From Octopus sinensis (Eukaryota): a stretch of DNA of 64,000 bases. This document shows positions 26,224 through 38,860 of the stretch, piece by piece (the first letter of the stretch is position 1; each line of letters starts with the position of its first letter). The notes under the pieces are model-generated. The model did not search any database, was not told where the DNA came from, and worked only from the letters and a program-made list of their open reading frames with translations. The translations under genes and the position numbers were made by a program. Location of the stretch: assembly GCF_006345805.1 (NCBI RefSeq), contig NC_043000.1, forward strand, positions 70,060,001 to 70,124,000, read 5' to 3'.

Positions 26224-26263
26224 AAGAAATAACCGGTTTCGCGTACAGCTTTTCAAAATTCTT
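26224..26263 (-). ncRNA. Inverted copy of the U3-A8 hammerhead motif
   Basis: Reverse complement aagaatt TTGAAAA gctgtacgc GAAACCGGTT atttctt; one stem I mismatch. Confidence 0.55.
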
Positions 26264-27695
26264 AAGTCGTTATGTTTACATTGAGCGGAGATCAGGTAGT
26301 AAGTGATTTCTTCCGGTGTAAGGGAGATAATCGCTTAAAATTATTCATGTTTGACAATACATTTTACCGTAAAAAATCCGGAATTGCTATGGGTACAAGG
26401 ACAGCACCAGTCATTGCGAACCTAACAATGGGCTACCTGGAAATAATCATTTACCAGGAATCTTTATCAATCTTTGGAAACCCCCTCTCTCAATACATAA
26501 AAGAGAATTGGAAACGATTCCTGGACGATTGTTTTATACTCTGGAATGAAAACACAGATAAACTTCTAAAATTTAAAAACCTATTGAACAGCATAAACCC
26601 AAATATACAGTTCACAATGGGATACAACCAAAAGGAGCTCCCATCCTTGGATATACAAATTTAAAAAATTAACCTTAAAATAGAAACAGGCATTTTTCAC
26701 AAAGCCACAGACGCCAAACAATACCTTCTTTTTAATTCATGCCACCCAAGACACACTAAAACAAACATCCCCTTCAACCTTGCAAGAAGGATATGCACAA
26801 TAGTGTCAGAACAAAATACCAGGAACTTTAGACTGCAAGAACTCAAAAACACCCTAATTGACAGACATTACCCAGCTCAACTCATAGAGGATGGGATCAG
26901 ACGTGCAACAGAAATCAACATAGAAACTTTAAGAAAAGTTCAACACAACAACACACCTGCCCGAAAATACTACCTTACATATCCACATAAAACCCCAGAA
27001 ACAAAGAAGCCTTCACCATCATCACCCAGAATTTACCAATACTTCATAAGGACCCCAAATTAAAGGAAATTCTAAACATACACCAAATCATTAAAAGCTA
27101 CAAACAACCTAAATCACTTAAAAAGATTCTCACAAAGGCAAAATTGTTTTCTGAAATTACGGATGCAAAAGTAAAAAAAATGTGGTAGACCGAAGTGTGC
27201 AACATGTACAAACCTGCTAGAAGGATCAGAATTCCTCTTCAAAGAGGGACAGAAATTCAAGATCAAATCTAATTTTACTTGTGCCTCTGAAAACATAATT
27301 TATGTCATAAAATGCTCGGGCTGCCACCAAGACTATGTGGGGTCCACGGGACTATCACTCAGACGTAGATGCACACTGCATCGACAACAGATTGCATTCC
27401 CAGAATACAGAATGATACCCTTTAGTGAGCACATTGAGAAATGCGCAAAACAACTACTACTACAATTTCTAATCTTTCCATTCTACCAATGTGCCATCGG
27501 AACACCAACACAAATTAGACTAAACAAGGAAACATTCTTCATTGAAAAATACAGGCCCAAACTTAACCATTCCAACATACTTATACAGAGAAACTTAGTC
27601 CAAAAGAAAGGCAAATAATTTTAAGCGATTATCTCCCTTACACCGGAAGAAATCACTTATTACCTGATCTCCGCTCAATGTAAACATAACGACTT

Positions 27696-27735
27696 AAGAA
27701 ATTTGAAAAGCTGTACGCGAAACCGGTTATTTCTT
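27696..27735 (+). ncRNA. Minimal type I hammerhead with compensated U3-A8 core (UUGAAAA)
   Basis: aagaaat TTGAAAA gc-tgtac-gc GAA ACC GGT T atttctt: 7-bp stem I, 2-bp stem II, palindromic ACCGGU stem III, GUU triplet. Confidence 0.65.
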
Positions 27736-27845
27736 CTATACTATATCATTGTATGAAAAAAATTTATAACATTCTTCAGACATATTAACTCAAATATATA
27801 ATTTTTAACCTTTTAAAACAAGCCTTCTGTAGTTTTTTCACTTTT

Positions 27846-27901
<56 letters not shown>

Positions 27902-27914
27902 GATAATATAAATA

Positions 27915-28165
27915 AATGCGCCCTTTTAAAGCCTAGCCAGGCTCATGGGCCCGGTTTCCCGGTTTCAATGGCGTGTGTGTTCTGCAGCTGGACGAGACCC
28001 CAGTCCATCGCAACGTTACTAATTTTTGCCAGCTGAGTGGACTGGATCAACGTGAAAGGTAGTGTCTTGCCCAAGAACACAACGCGTCGCCCGGGCCAGG
28101 AATCGAGACCACAATCTTATGATTATGATGCTGACACCCTAACCACAAAGCCAAGCGCCTCCACA
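27915..28165 (-). mobile_element. tRNA-derived SINE with a V-domain-like central part
   Basis: Head gtggaggcgcttggctttgtggttagggtg...ggtctcgattcctgg; body gcgatggactgg..tc.cgtccag. The domain name is from memory. Confidence 0.75.
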
Positions 28166-28899
28166 CACAGACACACACACACACACACACACATACACAC
28201 ACATATATATATATATATAGTTCAAAGAAAAAAGAAAATGGATTTAACAAATGCAAGTTTAACGTACAAATATGTAATTAAATTATTGAGTATTAATTGA
28301 AACGGCTGTGAGAATCAAAGATGACCAATTTGTTAACAATAAATAATTGTTAACTTCCTTACCTCCATTTTCTTTTCTTCTTTTAACTGGATATAAACTA
28401 TATGCTTAATATATACCTATTGTTTTAAAGGAATTTCATTCCCTCAACAGTACTAGGTATTGAACCAGTATTTCCTTGGATGTAACCATTCTTTCACGAG
28501 GTTAACACGTCCTCCAATTAAATTTTATGTATATATTGTATTTTTGATTGTTGAAATGACTAGTTGTCCAGTGGAGGCCAGCATCTCAGTCGGCATACCG
28601 TACATTCTGGTACGACAAATGCAACTGAGAGATTTATGTTCCTGGTGACCCCCCACCTTGTACATTCTGCACCAGTAGTTTTATTGTGAATTCTTAATGG
28701 TGTAACCTAGTCGAGATACAAATGTTGGACAAGCAGAGATGGTAGTAAGCTGCAACATTCTGTTGAATTTCCATGAATTCTGATGCTTGTTTTACGATGC
28801 TAGGCATCCGAAATTCGATGATAGTGATTGTTTAATAGTTTCTATGTGTCTATCTCTGCTTTTATGCTGATCTATTATGTTGAAACATTTGTGTTTAGA

Positions 28900-29045
28900 T
28901 ATTTGTGTGTGTGTGTGTGTATGTGTGTGTGTGTGTGTGTGTGCGTGGGTGTATGTATGCATATATATATATATATGCGTGTGTGTATGTATATGTATGT
29001 ATATATATATGTATATATAAATATATATGTATGTTTGTATGTATG
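28900..29045. repeat. (TG)n/(TA)n/(TATG)n compound microsatellite
   Basis: Direct reading. Confidence 0.93.
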
Positions 29046-29789
29046 TGGTGTTGATATAAGCAAACACGTTTTCACGAAGTTTGCTAAATATATCTCAGTA
29101 GAATGACAACCCTATTATAGCTTTTGTTGGCTTGTACTGCAATAATTCAACTGGTATATTGCAGCTATTGATATGATCAGTGCAAAATCATGCAATGTTA
29201 AATATTCAGACCCTGAGAGAGATCTTATATACTCCTATCAGTTATTTTCGCATTAGCGTCTATCACGACACGATTGTATTTTATTCCTGTATAGCTCATT
29301 TCCTATTTCGGTAGGTAACCATATATTTAACTGTAAACTATGAAGCTGTCTCCATTTCTGACGAATATTTTTTTTTTATTAAAAATGTCTTGCACTTCTA
29401 TTTCTAGATAACGCGGTCCTGTTTTGCATAAATCGTTACATATTTTAAATTACTTTGAAATAGACTGTCTGTTCTTTCACAAATATTATCTTTCACATAG
29501 ATTATCTATCTCGAAATTGATCTGCATTGCGATGTGATCTCTTCTTATGAAATCCAGCGGTTGTTCCATATGAGATAAGAATATAAAAATTCTAAATCGA
29601 AATATCTGTATCTCTTGATAACTGATATCGACAGAATGAGGAAATAACAAAGATTGCTGAGAGACACGGAAAATGAAAAATCAATGACATCACACATAAA
29701 ACGAATTCCAAATAATTTATTTTGTATCGGTCAGTATTATCCAGAATGAGACATAATATCAATGATAAACTGAAGATCCAGCATATGTT

Positions 29790-31250
29790 GAAAATTTTCT
29801 GCTTTCACTTGTTATGACCAGAGGAAAAACGTGTCAATACCCTTCGCAGGCCTTCCGACAATGGTGAGATTGATGTCATTAATGTTGTGCTTTAAGCAGG
29901 GTGGAGATTCTAGAGGAAGGACTGAATGTAGTGGCTAGTTCCTGGCTTGAAAACTTGAATATAAAAATGGAAGTGGATCGAGAGTACATGACTGTAAGTG
30001 GTACAAGACCTGTCAACGCCAAGGAACAGGGATCATTGTAGAAGCGGCAGAAAAGGCAGAGAAAACGAATTATGCCAGTGGGTCAGAGGTCAGAGTGTAT
30101 CTGTGATAGTTTGTATGCCAATTAGTCGAATGGCTGTTGTCTAATTGTAATTCAGAATATCTCTGAGAGACGCAGCACCGTCCTAGATGTAGAGAAAACA
30201 TTCCATTGAAAATTTAATTTGAGCTTTGCGGTGTCAGAAATTGTGTGCAGAATTGTTTTCTTGTCCTGAAGGGTTAGTCTTGAATACAGTTGAGGATGTT
30301 TTCGCCAGAGGAAATTCTCAGTGATAGAAAGACCTACAATTTGGAGTGCTTTCAAGGGTTCTAGTTGCGTGCCATTTAGCCTTAAGGGAATGAGGTGAGA
30401 TTGTGTTTTCCTTCTATGAACGGAACTTGTTTGTGTGCATGCATTTTTTTCGTATTGATATGACAGTACTAGACGACGTTTTCATGGTCTCTGTCCATAG
30501 AATCAGTGCAAGATGTACATGGGAGGGTTAGAAGATACTGAAGAGTCGACCAAGGCGTAAGAGTCGGTGATGTCGGGCGTAACGACGAGTAGAAAGAAAA
30601 TATAGTAAGAAGAGTGTTGTGACAGAGCTGTTGAAGAGTGTTGAAGAGAGACAATACCCTGCTGGCACATACTACAGTTGTACGATCTGATAGGAAGTTC
30701 CCGATTCAAGAATTTAGAGACTAATTAGCCTCATAGACCGAAAGTTTTGACGGAAAAGTTTCCTAATTAGATATAAACAAAAATGTTACTGATGTCAGGA
30801 ATAACAATATTGCGTTCACTAAATTACTTTTAGATGATTTTCTACTGATGGGAGACTATCACCTAAGTGACAAACAGTATATTGCCAGTAGATATGTGGT
30901 TTCAGCCGCCGTTAACTGTTTCTGATGAGTCAAGAATGAAACGTTTGATTTCAGGAATAGTTAGTATAAAACTGGTGGAGCTCCAATAAGTCGTCTAATT
31001 TAAATTGCTATGGAGACTGTAGTAGGGGACATTGTGTAGTATATGTGTTGGTTAGTTGGACGACCCGATAGGCGCAGGAACAGTAATGGTCTGGAGAGTT
31101 TGTCAGTGGGATAGGGAAGATATCAAGAGCGTTTGAGATGGCTCTGTATTGTAGGAGTTGGAACAGTTTTATTTGAGGAGTTGAGACTTATAAGTCTCAG
31201 TTTCTGTACCGTTGGCATGAGTAATGAGATGAATGAAAAATCTAAGTAAA
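29790..31250 (-). mobile_element. Highly degenerate CR1/L2-group LINE RT and 3' region
   Basis: RNIVIPDISNIF (ALDISKAFD-like), NFLSDRT, LNGTQLEP..LQIVGLSITENFLWRKH, LCLFCRFYNDPCS and SRSTS occur in the correct order on the minus strand. Confidence 0.65.
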
Positions 31251-31979
31251 TTGTAATCTATTATTTTTCTATAACGAGGACAAGCTAATCCTAAAACCAA
31301 ACAAAGACATCTCCATAATCAAATAAAAGATATTTCTTGTCTCCTAAAATACGAACATCCTCCATAGACATTTTATAAAGTGAAGCATTTTATGAAATTT
31401 GTACAAATTTTATAAGCTGTAATGCTTTGCTATAAAAATAACTAAAGAAATTCTTTAATACAGAATATTGTTGCTTTTGTTATTCTACTAGTACTGGAGG
31501 TGATATAATCGACTAAACCCTTCTTCTTAAAATTGCTAGCCATGTGCCTAAATTAGAAACAATTATTTTTCCTTTCTGTTTTCTCTCTCTCTCTCTCTCT
31601 TTCGCTCTCTCTTACTCTCTCTCTCTCTGTCTCTCTCCCCCCCCTCTCTCTCTCTCTAATTATACAAATCATTAATCTTTGTTCCGGACACACACGGACA
31701 AAATGATAGTGAACCCAAACGAGAAAGTTTTCAGTCGCAAATTATTTCATTTTGGTTTTGCTATATGTAAGATTATCAATTTATTCGTAACAGTAAAACA
31801 AAACTAATGTATACTATCTTACAAACTCACACAGACAATAACAACAAGCTTTACTATTTCTAACCGAACAGAAGACATGTTTGTCGGTCGTTCACTCCAA
31901 AGAACCGATAGACATCATACACAACGGAAGTCGCTTATCATAATCACGGCTCCTATAATGAGACACTTATTTGCATCAA

Positions 31980-31980
31980 A

Positions 31981-32048
<68 letters not shown>
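31980..32048. repeat. (TG)n microsatellite
   Basis: Direct reading. Confidence 0.95.
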
Positions 32049-32049
<1 letters not shown>

Positions 32050-33329
32050 TCGTAAACAATCACATATCGTGTGTATATATTTCTGCGGCATATGATTGTG
32101 CCTCTGCAATCGCCTCTATATATTTATTTATTGAAATAGTTAACATTTTGAAATATTTCTGTTATTATATGGAAATTTACATTTTCATAATTTCAATCTT
32201 AATGCATTTTTTAAAATCCTAAACATTTTCTCTTTCAATGTTACAAATGCCACTTGTCTTTCCCCCATGACTAATCACATGATTAATAATTTGAACATTG
32301 TAACTATCATCTATTCGCAAATCACCGTAGAATTATTCCCAGTATTTCTGATCAATGTCGCAGCTTGTCAAATGATGATTTGAGAAGAAAAAAAACATAT
32401 AACTCTCTCATCCTGATGTTATCTAATGGCAACAAACTACATAACCTAGAACAAAGACAATAAAGCCTTGAAGAAAACAAAATGCGCGGAGAGCACTGCC
32501 AACGACAAGAAATACTAGAACAGAAATATCAAAGGCTTGAATTGCATAGAATGCGTAAAGCGAACTATTCTTAGCAGGAATCTTAGTCTGAAAGGCAATA
32601 ACGCTTTCAATTAAATAAAATAAGACATGCTCACCAAATAACAGTACAATTCATTAGCGAAATGATCTAGGGTAGTTTCATAACCATAAGACGCAACATA
32701 TGGCTATGAAACTGTCTCCATTGATTACACGTCAAAACTATGCACAATGCGTAAAGCAGAAATGCGGTAAAAGAGAACGCTATAGAGTAGTTCTCAGATG
32801 GTAAAGTTTATCGAAGCTAGTTGTCAGTGCCTCCAGATCCTTTAAACTGCAGCTGATGAGAAAAGAAAACTGGTCCAACTAGTGAGAACGACCAGTTTTC
32901 TTTTTTAAATCATTTGGGCTGTTAACTGTGTACTCGAGAAACATTATTTATAGTTAATATCATCCATTTAAGACGTTACGTGATCGCTTTCAAAATTACA
33001 GGACATGTACTTGACAGCTGTGGTTTCTTTCATTCCTTTCCCAATGAAGAGTACAACTCATTTTCATTTCTTTCTTCGAAGGGATTTAATTTTCTAAGAC
33101 TTCTAAGCAGGCAGCACCTAGTATTTTAGGTTGTCAGGTAGTTTTGTATGTGCGTGTATGTATGGGAATGTGTGTATGTGTGTGCGTGCGCGCGCGCGCG
33201 TGTGTGTGTGTGTGTGTGTGTGTATGTAATGTATGTGTATATCCAAACTGAATTTCCATAAAGAAAACTGGAAATCAATCTGCAGAGATCCACAAATAAA
33301 CTGGCCCAACAATCTGTCTATGCAAGACA

Positions 33330-35040
33330 ACGACTTAAAATTCAATCAGTTTATGTCTACAGTGCAAGCCAGCATAAACGTACATAAGATCCCCCAATCA
33401 GGAAAATTCTGATAAGACGCAGAGCAAAGGTTTCAAATCCGTTGAGTGTGCATGAGAAGGATGGCGGAAAGTCTAATTTATAACTCTCCCATGAAAAAGA
33501 AAGTGTTGAGAAAGTGTCTGTAGAAAGCATAAAAATAGAACCCTAAAGCTATGCATAGATTTGCAAAGTAATCAACCAAAGTACAGTACAAATAGGGCCA
33601 CTGTTCCAAAGAAATGGCTCACTGGACGCGGACCTCAAAAGGATAATTGATGTGCACAGAACAGAATTTAAAAGTATCTTCACCTTCCCATTGAGACACA
33701 TGCAAGTAAATAATCAGGCTGAATTCTTTCACATTACAGCTCTGGAGAGGAAGGCGGCAACAATCGATTACATTGACATTGAAGAGAGAAATGTATCACT
33801 AGTCACAGATGAAATGAGCATAAACTTTGCAACTGACCCCAATGGTTTCCCAGCTATTCTCTTGAAGTCATGTAAGCAGGCTTTAGCGAAACCACTTCAG
33901 ATACTCTTCCATAAAACCAGGAGCACATCAGAGACTAATAACTACAGGTCCATCTCTCTGACACCATATATCAGCAAAGATATGGGACGAATCGCCAGTT
34001 GGAAATTATTTCCATTCGGAAGGTGGTTGCTTCTCATAGCTCTTACGGCACTATGATTTGGTCTTGAAACAGCTACTCGACCTTTCAAATATCGATGTGG
34101 TATATCTTGACTTTGCAAAGGCCTTTCGCAAGTAGATTATGGCATGATATGTCACAAGCTGCGAGATCTTGGTAGAACTGGTAAACGAGGAGAGCGATTA
34201 TATGACTTTTTATGTGATAGAAGTCAAGCAGTTGTAGCCAATGGTCCCCTTTCTAAGTTCTAAGTGGGTCCCCCATAGAACTGCCTTGGGGCCATTATTG
34301 TCACTCAGACAACCACTGTCACTAGCTACACCGGCCGACGATACAAAATTACCACATGCAATAAATAATCCTGACGTTGTTGCAAGCTTGCAGCAGAGCA
34401 TAAATGCAACGTAGTAGGCTGAACAAAACGAAATGCAATTTAATGCCGGAAAAGTTCAAGCATTTCGTTCTCAGCCCACAACTGCACCACAGCCTGCATA
34501 TATAGGAAGGGAAAGTACTGCATTCATGGAGTCACAGTCAGTGAGAGGTTTCAGGATCAGTATGTGTAATGATGCATCGTTTCAAGTGCTCATTACAAAA
34601 ATAGCAACTAAGTGTAGACAATTAGCAGCATAGATACTAAAATCCTTCAGGAAAGGAGACCAAGAAGTCATATCGATTTTGGACTACTGCTTTAAGTTGT
34701 GGTAACAGCATAGTCTCATACCATCAGAGGAACTTGGAGCAATCCAACACTATTATACTAAAATGATTGTCACAGTGCAGCAGATAAACTACAGGAAGAG
34801 GCTGAAAATACTATGACTTTACCCCCAGGAGCGAATATACGAAAGTTATGTAATATTTTAGTTGTGGAAAATTCTGGAAGGGCGAGTGCCTAACTTTGGC
34901 ATCAAGAGTTACACAAATGTCCATACTGGACGCCATTGTGTAGTAAAATGCATACCGTCCACTCCATCCAAAGCGAAAACCAGGTACTGCAATAGCTTGA
35001 ACTTCAAAAGCCCACAGCTGTCAATAGAATTAAGAAAAGT
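33330..35040 (+). mobile_element. Degenerate CR1-type LINE RT to 3' end
   Basis: GFPAILLKSCKQALAKPL, NNYRSISLT, YLDFAKAF, GPLL, ADDTK, MQFNAGK and WKILEGRVPNFGIKSYTNVHTGRHC. Confidence 0.8.
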
Positions 35041-35134
35041 ACATAATGTAGATTTGTGTGCGTGTGTGTGTATGTTTGAGTGCGTGTGTATTTGTATGTG
35101 TGTGTATGTATATGTATATGCGTGCATGCATATG

Positions 35135-35190
<56 letters not shown>

Positions 35191-36129
35191 AGTTTGAGTC
35201 AGTATATGCTTGTGTCTGTATAATTGTTAAAATATGTTCCAGTATATTCAATTTTTTATCAACGTCATATATGAGATATTGTTATTTTAAAAATACATTC
35301 GTTGCTTGTTAAATTATGGTCTTCCCCCAAAGCTTCGAGTAAGGCTCCTTGATTTGCAAATCTTATATATACATATACACAGTTCTACATGTTTCAAACG
35401 GTGATAATCATTTGTGGTGATGTCCAATGAATAATATTAGTGCAAAACAAAATTCATTGCTGGGTCTGTTAATATCCGAATAGTGATTTTAGAAGCGACT
35501 TCATCTTTTCGTTTTAATATTTTTCATTGCGAAGAAACAGAGTTTATAATGGGTATGCCTATTGCAAGTCACCTCGTGGGGGTTGTGCAATGGTTTCTTG
35601 GAAATTATTTTAGAGATTTATCTGCATCTAACCATTGCCAGACGATTTATTATTACGAAAGAAAATCCATTTCCGGTCAAAAGTAATGGTGCTATGCAAA
35701 AATATCCATATTTTTTACAGAGTAACATCATTATGCAAATCTTTTTAGGCGTTGCAGTTTCTAATATATGGAGACCGTTTATTCAACCTTTTCACTTTTC
35801 CGACACCACACAAATTATGAGAAGTAGTCATAGGAGATATTGCAGAGTGTGCTACTTGTCAAACTGCATTCGGGAGTTCCTTTCCACCAGATGTCTTAAC
35901 TAGTTTTCATTTAGACCAAAATTTTTGTTTCCCGGAAGACTCAGCCAAAAGGCTTTCGTGTGAAAAGCAAAATTGCAGATTGACACATCCATTTAAATGC
36001 CAAATTGGCACTTTACAGAGATTCAGTTGCAGAATCTTATTTAATAATTGAAGTATTGCTTGTTCATAGTTCAACAGCAACACATTATCGAGGACGGACA
36101 TAAAATTAGTTCTCACAAAACTAATATCA

Positions 36130-36197
36130 CCTATATATATATATATATATATATATATAGATAGATAGATAGAGAGAGATATAGATAGATAGACAGG

Positions 36198-36239
<42 letters not shown>

Positions 36240-36314
36240 CATACATACATACATACATACATACATACATACATACATACATACACACACACAAACACAC
36301 ACACACACACACAA

Positions 36315-36348
<34 letters not shown>

Positions 36349-36352
36349 ATAT
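36130..36352. repeat. (TA)(GATA)(TACA)(CA)(TA) compound microsatellite
   Basis: Direct reading. Confidence 0.95.
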
Positions 36353-36429
36353 AAATATTATTTTTTAGGGAATAAAAATTCCGGCATAATAGAGCTTCAA
36401 ATTATTCTCAATGAAGAAATATATTTTAA

Positions 36430-37065
36430 TTTAGAGGTAGTAGGCCCCTACATCTCTCCATATAAAAAGAATTTTTATTTTTATTTTAAATACCTACTGT
36501 TTTATTACTTGGCAACACGTGTTTCATGAGGTACAACCTCGGGTTCCTGAACCACTCCGTGTTTTCCTGGAACCCTTCTTAAAATGTAACCCCAATCATC
36601 AGGCCCTTATATCACTTTATCAACGTTCAGTACAATAAACTATATTTTAATTTTATAAATAGGTATGTTTAAATTAGTTTCACTGGACTCTACTGTACAA
36701 GCCATAATTCAGATAAAAATTCAAATAAAGATAAAAAGTTACAAAAATAAGTTACACAAATAAAGTAAGGAATAAAGCAGCTAAAAAAATTATGCGAAAA
36801 TTTACTAAAACTATATTAATAATATATAAAAAAATATATAAAATATATAAATATAAAAATATAAAAAAATATAAAAATATAAAAGAATATTCACATTTTT
36901 TATATTTTTTTTATATATTATTAACATATTATTAACATAGTGGTTTAGGAACCCGAGGATGTACCTCATGAAACACGTGTTGCCAAGTAATAAAACAGTA
37001 GGTATTTAAAATAAAAATAAAAATCATTTTTATATGGTGAGCTGTAGGGGCCTACTACCTCTAAA
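36430..37065. mobile_element. MITE-like element with ~125-130 bp terminal inverted repeats, bounded by TTAA on both sides
   Basis: tttagaggtagtaggcccctaca...ggttcctgaaccact is the reverse complement of agtggtttaggaacc...tgtaggggcctactacctctaaa. TTAA lies at 36426-36429 and 37066-37069. The AT-rich interior is non-coding. Confidence 0.85.
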
Positions 37066-37720
37066 TTAATATATATATATACGTTCGCTTTCAAAATGTA
37101 TAAGATTTGCTTAAGTTGGGCCGTAAATATTCTCCAACAAAGAGTTCCACACTAAATATAGTCGAAGTATTAGAAAATGTATGTGAAATTTTGAAAATTT
37201 TAAATGTAAAATATTACTAATAAAGTCAATCGTTGCTTTAAATGTGTATATTTATGGAAAAATATCAATTTGAAGGAAGCTGTTTAGTCCAAGATCAATC
37301 CTCAATGGGCAAAGGAATTACAGTCGTGAATATCTCCGGTAGTGCCTGTCTTTTTAAAGACATTTGACTGCTATTTCTGCGTACTCGTTCGATTGTGTAG
37401 AGGATCCGTCTTTGAGTTGTGGTAAAAGTTTGCACCGAGAGAATCCTTAGAAATCATATTGATACCAAAATATATTTTCCTTTCAGAGCTTGTATTGAGA
37501 AGGAATTTGGTAGGGATTTGATATTGAGAAAGTAAAGCAGTATATTAATACAAAATTTTACACAAACAAAAATATACACCATAATACCAAAGGTTGTGTT
37601 GACTGTTTATTGCGCTCTGCTTTCAAAAAATGAATTCGGTTTGTCAGCTTGCTGTATATCTTTATATTTTAAAGAATTGAATAATACATACATAGAATGA
37701 CACATGTATATGTCTATGAA

Positions 37721-38860
37721 CAGGGTGTTCACAAAATTGCATACACATATTGAATGATTAAAGTCTGTATCTATTGAAATACATTTCATTTTCAAAATGT
37801 AATTAGAATCAAGAAACAGAATTTTTTTATCATGCACACCTGTTTTCAGATGATGACTTCTCTGGTACAGCCACTGCTGATAACGCGAAGCTATCGAATC
37901 TCAGCTATCAAGAAATATTCTGTTTAGTGTTGTGTGCATTCTCTTCCTATGGCTGCCCTCAGCCCGTCAACAGTTGGTAATTTCGTACCGTAAAATTTAA
38001 CCTATAAAAATGTCTAGTGGTGTAGTAACTGCTGACAGCAGAGATTATTCTACTGAACCTCTTCGTCCAATCTACCTTTCGGACCAAATCTCAAGGTAGG
38101 GCCCTACATTACTATGGCAGTGCTGGAAATAAAACTCCACATCTTCAAAATCCTCTTGGATGCTTGGCTTTACAGATTGTCGCAGTAAGTTTAGTATATA
38201 AGTCATAATACCATAAAAAATAATTGTCCATTTAATCATTTTGATGATAAGGTGCACCATGCTGTAATCCTGCTAAATCTTCCGTAATATGCGGTAGGTG
38301 CAATTGTAGTGGTTAATTGAGTTAGTGAATTCAAATGTTTCCTCCACACTCCAAACAATTAATGATGGAAAGTGTGTATGTTCTTCATACCAAGTACCAA
38401 TCTCAAAACTCCACTTTTCATTGAGAGTTATGGACTGGTCTCGGAATGGAACATTTCCAATAACAATGTTTCGAAATACAGTGAATATTTGATTTTGAAA
38501 TTTCTATGCAACGACTTGCTTATAGCACAGATTTTCTCAAATTCTGGCAATACGTTTCTAATATTGGGGCTCGTAGCCCCTATATATATAGGGGCTCGTC
38601 CGAAGCCTTCCCCAACGTCTCTTGTGATCATCCTGGACAGGTCCATCTGCTTCAAACTTATCTTTAATTCGAGTGATGATAAATCGCATAGGTGAAGCTT
38701 CCTCCTAAATTGTCTTTGCAATCAGACTATGTTCTCAAATTTCCAGTAGCGCTTTCGGAAAAAAATTTCCCTGTACTTCCTTCATTATTTCTAATGGCTA
38801 AGTCTAAATGATTTCATTTTTTCAGCTGTTAGATTGCGAATAGATTTTTGGAACACCCTG
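37721..38860 (-). mobile_element. Degenerate Tc1/mariner-superfamily transposon (rosa/DD41D-like)
   Basis: TIRs CAGGGTGTTC(A/C)AAAA at both ends. Minus-strand remnants YWKFEN..QRQFRR, RIKDKFEADG..D.HKRRWGR.RT, DGAPYH and RRGSVE*..TPLD.F.G (WPARSPDLTPLDFFLWG-like). The TA target duplication is eroded. Confidence 0.85.

Larger units (their letters stand above)
26107..27850 (+). mobile_element. 5'-truncated PLE (second family) with inverted pseudo-LTR at the 5' end
   Basis: RT end (GIAMGTRTAP, RFLDDCFILW, HKATDAKQYL, SCHPRHTK), linker CGRPKCATC, GIY-YIG (NIIYVIKCSGCHQDYVGST...ETFFIEKYRPKLN). 26107-26345 is the reverse complement of 27614-27850. Confidence 0.92.

Noticed and set aside
32852-32910. 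CTGATGA followed by a long stem, suggesting a hammerhead; also terminator-like
   Set aside because: No GAAA after the stem, so there is no catalytic core. Intrinsic terminators are not meaningful in this eukaryotic context.
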